This document shows positions 9,744-18,486 of a stretch of 64,000 nucleotides of DNA, piece by piece. Numbering within the stretch: position 1 is the stretch's first letter; every line of letters starts with the position of its first letter. The translations under genes and the position numbers were made by a program. The notes below the pieces were generated by a model. The model was not told where the DNA came from and searched no databases. It worked only from the letters and a program-made list of their open reading frames with translations. The DNA is from Chloroflexota bacterium (GTDB lineage: Bacteria > Chloroflexota > UBA11872), in the NCBI GenBank assembly GCA_028873795.1, contig JAPPNP010000054.1, forward strand, positions 17,099-81,098. Direction: 5' to 3'.

Positions 9744-9863
9744 GAGAACTCTGCATAACCCTCCGTCATTCCGGCGAAAGCCGGAATCCAGTCCTCGCTC
9801 CACCTGGAGCCGCCCAGGGTGCTCCGCGCTATCCCGAGGCTGCCTCGGATATGCAAGAGTCTC
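9744..9863. mobile_element. MITE-like element, copy 4 (variant interior)
   Basis: GAGAACTCTGCATA ... TATGCAAGAGTCTC imperfect terminal repeats; internal GTCATTCCGGCGAAAGCCGGAATCC. Confidence 0.6.
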
Positions 9864-9874
9864 CAAGGAACGGA

Positions 9875-10885
9875 TTACCCAGCCAACTCCCGTACCTTCG
9901 GAACAATGACTCTGAACATGCGCTCGACTTCAGCCTTCAGCCACGCTTGGTAATCCGGCCACTTATCGCGGTCTTCTAGCTCCGCATCCGTCCGAACCAT
10001 GACCCTCTTGATGCTCTCGGATTCCCACGGTTGCCAGTGGTATTGCTGCCCGGCGTCGCGGTGAATCAGGTCCGCTGACTCGGCTAGCCCGTCGAACCTA
10101 GCTTGTCGATCGCGACCAAAGAACTCTAGGGCAACCCGCAACTCCCCGACCGAAAATGCCTCTCTGGCGGAATTCCATGCTGTGAAGAACGAAACAACTC
10201 TGATACCCGAGATTCCTACGCCGTGTGTCATGTACGAGTGCGGCCTCGGCCTACCGCACGGAACATCTCCTTCGGCGTCCATGAGTTCTGAGAAGCCTGC
10301 CCAAAACTCAAGCTGTATGGCCTGAGTTTCGCTTAGCTCACCGACTGACCCAGTTCCGGCTTGCACTGTCTTCGCCCAGTCATTCGGCTGCACGACCACG
10401 TTAAACCGCGGCGCGGGCCGCGAGTCGTCGATCTTCAACAGTTCAATCTCGATTCCGAAGTAGGCGTAATCCCGTGCGGTGCTGGCGTTCAAAAGATCCA
10501 GGGCAGCTCGATGCTCGTCGCGGAATTCCTCGGCAATCCAAACCACTGTCCGTGCATTCAGCCCTGCCGCGTAGGTAAGCAGCTTGCCCAGGTGATCGTG
10601 GTCGGTGCGTGCGTATTGGTTCTCGATGACAACCCACGATTCGTCATCGTCTCCTCCGTCCAAACGACGGCAGAGGATGTCCGCGCTGAATCCTCCAACT
10701 GCTTGCTCGATTCCGTGCGGCTCCAGCGTCAGGCCGAGCGCCTCGCCCAATCGCTCCAAGTTGTCGGATTGCGCCAGCCAGGGTGTGAAATGCTGTGCCT
10801 CTTCTGCCCAGACGGTGCGCAGAGGGACGTGCTCAAGTTTTGAAATCGAAATGTCCGGCATGGTGGATACTCCCGAACGTGCCAT
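9875..10885 (-). CDS. DUF4268 domain protein with N-terminal NucS-like PD-(D/E)xK nuclease-like domain
   Basis: FTPWL, ADILC, VIENQY, DHDHLGKLLTYAAG and QLEFW motifs. Confidence 0.85.
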   Translation of the reverse strand: MARSGVSTMPDISISKLEHVPLRTVWAEEAQHFTPWLAQSDNLERLGEALGLTLEPHGIEQAVGGFSADILCRRLDGGDDDESWVVIENQYARTDHDHLGKLLTYAAGLNARTVVWIAEEFRDEHRAALDLLNASTARDYAYFGIEIELLKIDDSRPAPRFNVVVQPNDWAKTVQAGTGSVGELSETQAIQLEFWAGFSELMDAEGDVPCGRPRPHSYMTHGVGISGIRVVSFFTAWNSAREAFSVGELRVALEFFGRDRQARFDGLAESADLIHRDAGQQYHWQPWESESIKRVMVRTDAELEDRDKWPDYQAWLKAEVERMFRVIVPKVRELAG

Positions 10886-10957
10886 GTCTCGTCGGCAGAT
10901 TCCCAGTCTGTTGATGGTGGGACACTTTATCTCGCCTGTTCACGGACCAACGCCTCG

Positions 10958-11047
10958 CGACTTCGCTAGAGTGCGGCTGGCGGAATGTAAGGGATTGCAG
11001 ATGGCGGTGGGGTGGATTCCCGCCTCCGCGGGAATGACGGAGGGGCG
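10958..11047. repeat. Reverse-oriented degenerate MITE/REP copy
   Basis: GGATTCCCGCCTCCGCGGGAATGACGGAGGGG at about 11014-11045. Confidence 0.6.
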
Positions 11048-11108
11048 GAGGTGACGGGGCCGACGTGACGCACTCCCGGAGTTTCGAACCACGATTGAAG
11101 GTGCGGGC

Positions 11109-12299
11109 ATGATGGCTGCAGCAGGCCGCGACGCGGGCGACGCCATCCCCGAAATCGGCGTCGGCGTGGTCGGCACCGGCTTCATGTGCCAGGCGCATGT
11201 GAATGCCTTTCGCACGCTGCCCTACATGGCCTACCCGCCGCCGGCCCGGCCCAGGCTGAGAGCCGTCGCGAGTCGGAAGCGCGCCAACGCCGAGGCGGCC
11301 GCCGGTCGCTATGGCTTCGAGACGGCCCATGCGGACTGGCGCGAGATGCTGGCCGATCCGGCGATCCAACTGGTCGACAACTGCGGACCCAACAACATCC
11401 ACGCCGAGGTGAGCATCGCCGCTCTCGACGCGGGCAAGCACGTGCTGTGCGAGAAGCCGATGGGTCGGAACGCGGCCGAATCCCGGCAAATGCTGGACGC
11501 GGCCCGTCGCGCTTCCGGCAAGCACATGGTGGCGTTCAACTACCGCTTCGTACCCGCCGTGCGCAAGGCGCGAATGCTCATGGAGCAGGGCGCGCTGGGA
11601 GAGATCTTTCACTTTCGCGCGCGGTACTGCCAGGACTGGCTGGCCGACCCGGAGTTCCCGCGGGTGTGGCGGCTGCAGCAGGCGCTGTCTGGCAGCGGCG
11701 TCCTGGGCGACCTGGGATCGCACATCGTGGACCTGGCCCGGTTCCTCGTCGGGGAGCCGACGGTGGTGAACGCCCGGCTCAAGACGTTTGTCTCAGAGCG
11801 ACCGCTGCCGGAGAACCCGGATGAACAAGGGCCGGTGGACGTGGACGACGCCTTCGTGGCCTTGGTCGAGTTCGACAACGGCGCCATCGGCACGCTCGAG
11901 GCCACGCGATTCGCCGTGGGCCACCGCAACGCCAACATGTTCGAGATCAACGGCTCCAAGGGCTCGCTCGGATTCAATCTGGAACGGCTCAACGAACTCG
12001 AGGTGCACTGGCGGCCGGACCCGGCGTCGAACTCCCAGGCGGGATTCCGCAGCGAGTTGATCACGGAGCCCGACGACCCGTTCATCGAGTGGTGGTGGCC
12101 CGTGGGACATATCATCGGCTGGGAGCACACCTTCGTGCATCAAATCCACCACCTGCTCGACGCCATCGTGAACGACACCGACGTGGCGCCCTATGGCGCG
12201 ACGTTCGAGGACGGCTGGCGCTGCGACGTGATCCTCGAAACCATCACCAGGTCCGCCGCGGAAGGCGGATCCCCCATCGAGATCGAGTACGCCCCATGA
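11109..12299 (+). CDS. Gfo/Idh/MocA family oxidoreductase
   Basis: GTGFM, CEKP, GVLGDLGSH and WWPVGHIIGWEHTF motifs. Confidence 0.92.
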   Translation: MMAAAGRDAGDAIPEIGVGVVGTGFMCQAHVNAFRTLPYMAYPPPARPRLRAVASRKRANAEAAAGRYGFETAHADWREMLADPAIQLVDNCGPNNIHAEVSIAALDAGKHVLCEKPMGRNAAESRQMLDAARRASGKHMVAFNYRFVPAVRKARMLMEQGALGEIFHFRARYCQDWLADPEFPRVWRLQQALSGSGVLGDLGSHIVDLARFLVGEPTVVNARLKTFVSERPLPENPDEQGPVDVDDAFVALVEFDNGAIGTLEATRFAVGHRNANMFEINGSKGSLGFNLERLNELEVHWRPDPASNSQAGFRSELITEPDDPFIEWWWPVGHIIGWEHTFVHQIHHLLDAIVNDTDVAPYGATFEDGWRCDVILETITRSAAEGGSPIEIEYAP

Positions 12300-13267
12300 G
12301 AATCGGCGTGGTGACGGTCTTGCTGCGCGACCTGCCGCTGCCGGAGGCCTTGGACTACCTGGCCTCGATTGGCGTGCAGGACCTGGAGATCGGCTGCGGG
12401 GCCTATCCCGGCAACGAGCACTGCAATGCGCAGGAGCTGTTGGCCAGCGACGAGAAGCGCGCGGAGTTCCAGGAGGCGATTGCGTCGCGTGGGCTCAAGC
12501 TGAGCGCACTGGCCATGCACGGAAATCCCATTCATCCCAACGCGGAGATTGCCGAACGACATATCGTCGAGGAACGCGACGCGATTCGGCTGGCCGAGAA
12601 GCTGGGAGTCGAGACTGTCGTCGGCTTCTCGGGCTGTCCCGGCGATCACGAGGGCGCGAAGTATCCCAACTGGGTCACCAATGCCTGGCCGCCCGACTTT
12701 CCGGCGATCCTGGAGTGGCAGTGGGAATCCAAGGTGATTCCCTACTGGCGCGAGTCGGCGGCGTTCGCCCGCGACCACGGCATCCACAAGATCGCGCTGG
12801 AGATGCACCCGGGCTTCGTCGTCTACAACACCGAGACGCTCATGCGGCTGCGCGACGCGGTGGGGCCCGAGATCGGCGCCAACCTGGACCCGAGCCACCT
12901 CTTCTGGCAGGGCATCAACGTGCCGGAGGCGATTCTGGATATCGGGCGCGCGGGCGCGCTGCACCACTTCCACGCCAAGGACACCCGCATCGAGCCCACC
13001 ATCGCGCGAAAGCACGGCGTGCTCGACACCAAGTCGCTCGCCAATACGTCCGAGCGCGCCTGGATCTTTCGCACCGTCGGCTATGGCCACGGGGCGGACG
13101 TGTGGCGCGACATCGTGACGGCGCTGCGCACGGTGAATTACGACGGCCCCCTGAGCATCGAGCACGAGGACGCGCTCATGTCGCCGCGCGAGGGCCTGGA
13201 GAAGGCCGTGCGCTTCCTGCGCGAGATCATCATCGAGCAGCCCACCAGCGACGCGTACTGGGCCTAG
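12296..13267 (+). CDS. Sugar phosphate isomerase/epimerase (xylose isomerase-like TIM barrel)
   Basis: ALEMHPG, NLDPSH, HAKD and SIEHED motifs; ATGA overlap with the upstream gene. Confidence 0.9.
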   Translation: MRIGVVTVLLRDLPLPEALDYLASIGVQDLEIGCGAYPGNEHCNAQELLASDEKRAEFQEAIASRGLKLSALAMHGNPIHPNAEIAERHIVEERDAIRLAEKLGVETVVGFSGCPGDHEGAKYPNWVTNAWPPDFPAILEWQWESKVIPYWRESAAFARDHGIHKIALEMHPGFVVYNTETLMRLRDAVGPEIGANLDPSHLFWQGINVPEAILDIGRAGALHHFHAKDTRIEPTIARKHGVLDTKSLANTSERAWIFRTVGYGHGADVWRDIVTALRTVNYDGPLSIEHEDALMSPREGLEKAVRFLREIIIEQPTSDAYWA

Positions 13268-13269
13268 CG

Positions 13270-14073
13270 ATGATTCTGGCGGCCGCGCTCTACACGATCC
13301 GACGTGAGGTGCCGTCGCCCGCGGCATTCGCCGGCGGACTGCAACGGCTGCGCGACATCGGCTATCGAGGCGTCGAGGCGGGGGGCGTGCCGTTGTTGGA
13401 AGGCCCCGATCCCGCGATCTCGGCGCGCGACCTGAAGCGCATGTTGGATGACGCCGGGTTGCAATGCGTCGGCGCCCACGCGCGGTGGCGCGAGATCCGC
13501 GACGACACCTCGGCGGTCATCGATCGGCTGCAAGAGCTCGACTGCCCCATCATCAGCGTTCCCGCGTTCATCGACGAGTTCGACCGATTCGAGCCCGCAA
13601 GCTACGCCACGTTCGCCGGTGAGGCGGCGCTTGTGACGCAGGTCCTCGGCGAGCACGGCATGCGCCTGGGCTATCACCATCACGCGCACGAGTTTCTGCG
13701 CTTCGGCGCCGACCGCCGCACGATGTTCGATGTGCTGATCGACGAACCAAGTCTGGCCATCGAGATCGACGTCTATTGGGCGGCGTTCGGCGGCGTGGAC
13801 CCGGCCGGACTGATCGAGCGCCTGCCGGGACGGGTGCCGCTGCTGCACTGCAAGGACCTGGAGATGATTCGCGACGCCGAAGCCGGCGCGCGTCCCTTCT
13901 TTGCGCCGGTCGGCGAGGGCAACCTGAACTGGGACCGCATTCTGGCCGCCAGCCAAGCCGCCGGGACCGAGGCGTGGGTCGTCGAGCAAGACCAGTGCTT
14001 GCGTGATCCCTTCGACTGTCTGCGATCCAGTTTCGAGTTTCTGCAAGCGCGCGTTCCGTCGTCGCACGCTTGA
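13270..14073 (+). CDS. Sugar phosphate isomerase/epimerase (TIM barrel)
   Basis: GYHHHAHEF, EIDVYW, LHCKD and VEQD motifs. Confidence 0.9.
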   Translation: MILAAALYTIRREVPSPAAFAGGLQRLRDIGYRGVEAGGVPLLEGPDPAISARDLKRMLDDAGLQCVGAHARWREIRDDTSAVIDRLQELDCPIISVPAFIDEFDRFEPASYATFAGEAALVTQVLGEHGMRLGYHHHAHEFLRFGADRRTMFDVLIDEPSLAIEIDVYWAAFGGVDPAGLIERLPGRVPLLHCKDLEMIRDAEAGARPFFAPVGEGNLNWDRILAASQAAGTEAWVVEQDQCLRDPFDCLRSSFEFLQARVPSSHA

Positions 14074-14097
14074 TGGATCGGGTGAATAAAGCGGGAC

Positions 14098-14122
14098 GGG
14101 CGGGTCGCAGACCCGCCCCTAC
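14098..14122. repeat. GTAG-type REP palindrome (reverse)
   Basis: GGGCGGGTCGCAGACCCGCCCCTAC. Confidence 0.7.
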
Positions 14123-14142
14123 ACATCCAAGGAGTGCACGGC

Positions 14143-15255
14143 ATGGCGGGTGAAATCGGCATCGGCATCGTGGGCGCGGGAGGGGTCGCCAGGGGCGCGC
14201 ACGTGCCCGGCTACCTGAGCATGCCGGACCGCTGCCGCATCGTGGCCATTGCCGATATCGAAATCGAGCGCGCCCAACAGCTGGCGGCGCAGTTCGATAT
14301 CCCGCACGTCTTCGACAGCTACGAGCAGCTGCTGGAGGTGGACGAGATCGACGCCGTGAGCGTGTGCACCCATTCAGACTTCCACGCGCCGGTGGCCATT
14401 GCCGCGCTGGAGTCCGGTCGCCACGTCATGACCGAGAAGCCGATGGCGGTTGATTTGGCCAGCGCGCGCGCCATGGTGGAGGCGTCGCACAAGGCCAAGC
14501 GCATCCTCGCCGTGGACTTTCAGACGCGCTTCATCCAGCAGACCCAGACCATGAAGCGGTTCGTCGACGCCGGCGACTTGGGCGAGATCTACTTCGCCCG
14601 CGGCCGCTACGTGCGGCGACGAGGCATCCCGGGACGCCAGGCCTTCCACACCAGGGCGCAAAGCGGCGGCGGCGCGCTGATGGACATCGGCGTGCACATT
14701 CTCGACACCGGCTTGTGGCTCATGGGGTTCCCCACTGCCGTGTCGGCATCGGGATCGACATTCCGCAAGCTCATCACTCAGGAGGAATTGTTCAATCCCA
14801 TGGGCGATTGGGATCGGTCGGCGACCGACGTGGACGAGAGCGCGGTGGGGCTGATCAAATTCGCCAACGGCGCGGTCATGACCCTCGAGTGCGCCTGGGG
14901 AATAAACGTCGGGGAGACGGACTTCGGCATCACCCTGGCGGGCGACAAGGGCGGCGGCGAGGTGCGCTTCGTCGAGGCGCAGCACGCCGCGTCCGGCTCG
15001 CATCCGGTGCGCGTGTTCAAAGACACCGGCGAGATGCTGGTCGACCTGATTCCGAGCTCGGATTCGGCGGTGCAGTTCCACTCGTCAGGCGATCCCCCCA
15101 AGCCGCACACGCTGTCGATGCAGAACTTCGTCAACGCGATCATCGAGGGCACCGAGCCCCTGGTGACCGGTGACCAGGGCCTGATCACCAGCACAATCAT
15201 CGACGCGATTTACCGGTCGGCGGAGACCGGTCATCAGGTGGACATAAAGCCCTAG
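14143..15255 (+). CDS. Gfo/Idh/MocA family oxidoreductase
   Basis: GAGGVA, TEKP, RRRGIP and GGGALMDIGVH motifs. Confidence 0.92.
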   Translation: MAGEIGIGIVGAGGVARGAHVPGYLSMPDRCRIVAIADIEIERAQQLAAQFDIPHVFDSYEQLLEVDEIDAVSVCTHSDFHAPVAIAALESGRHVMTEKPMAVDLASARAMVEASHKAKRILAVDFQTRFIQQTQTMKRFVDAGDLGEIYFARGRYVRRRGIPGRQAFHTRAQSGGGALMDIGVHILDTGLWLMGFPTAVSASGSTFRKLITQEELFNPMGDWDRSATDVDESAVGLIKFANGAVMTLECAWGINVGETDFGITLAGDKGGGEVRFVEAQHAASGSHPVRVFKDTGEMLVDLIPSSDSAVQFHSSGDPPKPHTLSMQNFVNAIIEGTEPLVTGDQGLITSTIIDAIYRSAETGHQVDIKP

Positions 15256-15298
15256 AGCGCTTCGCCAAGCGCGCGTCCGGTCCCTTCTTTGCTCTGGT

Positions 15299-15403
15299 GA
15301 GACCCTCGCGTAACCCCTCCGTCATTCCGGCGGAAGCCGGAATCCAGTTCGGTCAGCCCTGAATGTGCGCTGTTTGGGGTAGGGGCGGGTCTCAGACCCG
15401 CCC
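15299..15403. repeat. Composite element: MITE left end + GTCATTCC REP + GTAG REP
   Basis: GAGACCCTCGCGTAACCCCTCCGTCATTCCGGCGGAAGCCGGAATCC ... GTAGGGGCGGGTCTCAGACCCGCCC. Confidence 0.7.
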
Positions 15404-16261
15404 GTCGGGCCGGATCGGCCTCCTAAACAGGCTGTACCCGAAGCGAAGCGTTTCCGGATAGCGATTCCCAGAGTCGAACGCCAAGAGCGCGCGCCGCACC
15501 TCGGCGTCGAAGCGCTCGACATCGTGCCCGAGGGCGCGTCGCGAGAACCTCGCGGTGGAGCGCAGATTCCCCAGGACCGAATCCACCGTCCAGACGTGGG
15601 GATGCGGAAAACCGAAGGTGCCGACGTGCTCGAAGCCGTGGCCCGTCAACACGACGCGCTCGGTGTCGGCGCCACGAGGCCGCGATGACGGCTGCTGGCT
15701 CGAGAGTTTCGTGGTGACGTCCGATCGCGCCCACGGCCGAACGGCCGCTCGCAAGACGTCATGCCACGGCTCCTGGCCCACCATCGGGCTGAAACACCCC
15801 AGCGTCGACAGGCAGCAACCGGGCGCGAGCCACTCAAGGGCCCCTTTGGCGACCAACTGCTGATCCAGCCGGTGAAAGGCCTCGCCGATGGCGATCAGCT
15901 CGAACGAGCCCGGCGCGGCCTCGACCTCCTCGGCCCGCCCGACCATCCAGCGGATGTTCGTCAGTCCCTGCCGTTCGGCCCCTGCCCGCCCAACCTCGAT
16001 CATCTCCGGCTCCTGGTCGATGGCCCAGACTTCGCCGAAATGCCGCGCGAGCGGAAGCGCCACCCGCCCCGGACCACACGCCAGGTCCAGCAGGCGTCCT
16101 TCGCCCGTGACTCGGGCGCGCTGCCGGAGATCGTCGAGCAACTCCTCCGGATAGGCAGGCCGAAATCGCGCGTAGTCCTCGGCAGTGCCCGAGAAGAGGT
16201 CCGTGAGCATTCCTGAGTCCATGGGTCGAACTCGACGTTTGTCCGATCCCGATTGGCTCAT
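15392..16261 (-). CDS. Class I SAM-dependent methyltransferase
   Basis: YARFRPAYP, LDLACGPG and AFH motifs; the start may be 16222 or 16210. Confidence 0.88.
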   Translation of the reverse strand: MSQSGSDKRRVRPMDSGMLTDLFSGTAEDYARFRPAYPEELLDDLRQRARVTGEGRLLDLACGPGRVALPLARHFGEVWAIDQEPEMIEVGRAGAERQGLTNIRWMVGRAEEVEAAPGSFELIAIGEAFHRLDQQLVAKGALEWLAPGCCLSTLGCFSPMVGQEPWHDVLRAAVRPWARSDVTTKLSSQQPSSRPRGADTERVVLTGHGFEHVGTFGFPHPHVWTVDSVLGNLRSTARFSRRALGHDVERFDAEVRRALLAFDSGNRYPETLRFGYSLFRRPIRPDGRV

Positions 16262-16351
16262 GCTCGATGCCGCCGCCGTGCTCGCCTGGACGGCAATCTT
16301 GGCATCTCCAACCGGGCGCGCCCGCCGGCGCCGGCGTAGCGCCCTGCGCGG

Positions 16352-17089
16352 TCAGGCGGTCGATGCGGCCAGCAGGCGTCCGCGGGCGGGCGTTGAGGCA
16401 GGGGCGCCGGCGAGTTGGGCGACATGCCACAGGGTGGCTTGGTTGGCGGTGACGACGGGCTTGCACAGGAGGTCTTCGAGGTCCTCGATGACGGCGGCGG
16501 TGCGCAGGCCTGTGCAGCTGATGAAGATCGCATCGGTCTCAGGCGTGTCCAAGTCTTTCGACACGACATCGAGCGTCTCTGCGGGCTCAATGGCCTCGAT
16601 GTCGCCGCGCCGATTCAAGCCGACCAGGTTGACGACCTCGAAGCCAGCGGATTCGAGGTAGGCGCGCAGCCGCTTGTTGAGCGCGTCGACATGCGGCGAG
16701 AGCACGGCCACCCGGCGCACGCCAAGCTCGTGCAGCGCCGCAGCCGCGGCAGCCGAGGTCGTGGTGGCCGGTATGCCGGCGGCGGTGCGCATGTCTGCCA
16801 CGATCGCCGCGTCGCCGTCGGGGCCGAGGACGTAGCTGCCCGAGGTGCACCCGTAGGCCACGGCCAGCGCGCCGCGCTCGGCCAGGCGTCGCGCCGCGCG
16901 GCCGATGCCCGGACCGCGCGGGAGTTCTTCCACGTGCGCTAGCGTGATGCCCTCGGGGCCAAGCTCGGGCGCGGAGTCCACCGGTTCGATGTCGAGCGCG
17001 AGGCCCGGCGGAACGAACAGCTCCAACTCAGCAAGATGCCCCGCCTGCACGGCCTCGGGCCACACGATGCCGATGCGGCACGCGCCCAT
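16352..17089 (-). CDS. Asp/Glu/hydantoin racemase / maleate isomerase family (EutA-like)
   Basis: Both catalytic Cys motifs (YGCTSG, ISCTGL) and PVVTANQAT. Confidence 0.88.
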   Translation of the reverse strand: MGACRIGIVWPEAVQAGHLAELELFVPPGLALDIEPVDSAPELGPEGITLAHVEELPRGPGIGRAARRLAERGALAVAYGCTSGSYVLGPDGDAAIVADMRTAAGIPATTTSAAAAAALHELGVRRVAVLSPHVDALNKRLRAYLESAGFEVVNLVGLNRRGDIEAIEPAETLDVVSKDLDTPETDAIFISCTGLRTAAVIEDLEDLLCKPVVTANQATLWHVAQLAGAPASTPARGRLLAASTA

Positions 17090-17093
17090 TTCG

Positions 17094-18299
17094 CTAGCGC
17101 TCGATGAGGACGCGCTCGCCGTGGGTCAGCACCTCACACCCGTCCCTGGTGATCACGCTGGTCTCGCTGAAGGCGACGCCGAACTCTCCCAGCCGCCGCA
17201 CGGCGATGGGGTGATGGAACACCATGCCCGGTTCGAGCACCGTGTCGTGATCGCGCTGGATGAACCCCGTCGCGTCGGCCCAGTTTGGCGGAAATCCCGC
17301 GCCGATGCCGTAGCCGAAGTTGCCGTGAAACACCAGGTCGTCGCCGGCCGCGGCGAGCGCGTGCCAGCCGATCTCGGCCACGTCGCGGGCGACTGCGCCC
17401 GGTCGCAGCGTCTCCAGCACGGCGTCGAGGGCGGCGGTGCAGGCGTCCGCCGCGCGCCGGACCTCGTCGGACGCCGGACCGATGGTCAGCGTGCGCATCT
17501 GCGGCGCGGTGTAGCGCTGGTGGCAAGCGCCGATCTCGAGCAGGACGTTGTCTCCCGCTTCGAGCGTGCGGCGCTTGTGGGTGGAGTGCAGGATGCCCGA
17601 GCGGCGACCGCTGGTGACGATCGGCGACAGGCAGGGATACTCGCCGCCCGCGCGCGTCATGGCCGCGTACGCCGCGCCGGCGACGTCCCCGTCCGTGACT
17701 CCGGCAGCCGCAGTCTCCACGGCGGCCTCGGTGGCCGCCCGCGTGGCCAGCGCCGCCCACCGGATGTGTTCGATCTCGGCGGGTGACTTCAGGCGCTTGA
17801 GCTCGATGAACAGCTCGCTGGCGCTGACGAACTCGGCCCCGGGCAGCGACTGCTCCAGTCCGGCGCGAAAGGCCGGCGTCTGCCCCCAGTTGGCGTCGTC
17901 GGCGCCGATGCGGCCGCGTTCCAGTCCGTGCTCGGCCAGCATGGACGCGGCGTAGGCCGGCCGGTCGCTTCCGGGCGGATAGCCCCGCAGGTCCTCGAAC
18001 CAGACGCTGAGCCAGGCGCTGCCGAACTCCGGTGGGTCCATCGCGATGGCCGGCTCGCCGTGGCGGGGCAAGACCAGGCAGGCGGCGCCGTCCACGGCGA
18101 ATGTCTGAAAGCCCGAGAGATAGAACACGTTGGCCGGGTTCATCACCAGCAGGGCATCGAGTCCGGCGGCGTCCATGGCAGCGTGGGCGCGTCGCAATCG
18201 GCCGCGGTACTCGTCGACGGAAAATGCCAGCTCTTTGCCGACACCCTTCAAGTCGTCGGCCGGGAACTGTCCGCCGTCAAGGCTGCGGTGGATTCGCAT
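17094..18299 (-). CDS. M24-fold hydrolase, creatinase/ectoine hydrolase (DoeA/EutD)-like
   Basis: KSPAEI, LLEIGACHQRYTAPQMRT and FSET motifs. Confidence 0.85.
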   Translation of the reverse strand: MRIHRSLDGGQFPADDLKGVGKELAFSVDEYRGRLRRAHAAMDAAGLDALLVMNPANVFYLSGFQTFAVDGAACLVLPRHGEPAIAMDPPEFGSAWLSVWFEDLRGYPPGSDRPAYAASMLAEHGLERGRIGADDANWGQTPAFRAGLEQSLPGAEFVSASELFIELKRLKSPAEIEHIRWAALATRAATEAAVETAAAGVTDGDVAGAAYAAMTRAGGEYPCLSPIVTSGRRSGILHSTHKRRTLEAGDNVLLEIGACHQRYTAPQMRTLTIGPASDEVRRAADACTAALDAVLETLRPGAVARDVAEIGWHALAAAGDDLVFHGNFGYGIGAGFPPNWADATGFIQRDHDTVLEPGMVFHHPIAVRRLGEFGVAFSETSVITRDGCEVLTHGERVLIER

Positions 18300-18332
18300 G
18301 GCTACCTTCTCTGGGGAGCCCCACACGGCATC

Positions 18333-18437
18333 GTAGGGGCGGGTTTCAAACCCGCCCGTTCCCCACGCGGCAAGGACGCTCCGTGGGTCACCGAGGAATC
18401 AGCCGACCTGGATTCCGGCGTTCGCCGGAATGACGGA
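18333..18437. repeat. Composite REP (GTAG REP + reverse GTCATTCC REP)
   Basis: Its reverse complement has the same layout as 35286-35380. Confidence 0.7.
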
Positions 18438-18486
18438 TCGGTACGCGGATAGTGTGGGGTGATTGGCAAGGGTGGCCTCCGCCACA

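Noticed and set aside
12089-13269. Long N-terminal extensions or overlaps in the ORF track (12089, 12715, 35774, 44635, 57622, 59806) as frameshift fusions
   Set aside because: Internal starts at normal coupling positions or with RBS match family N-termini; the extensions are off-frame read-back.
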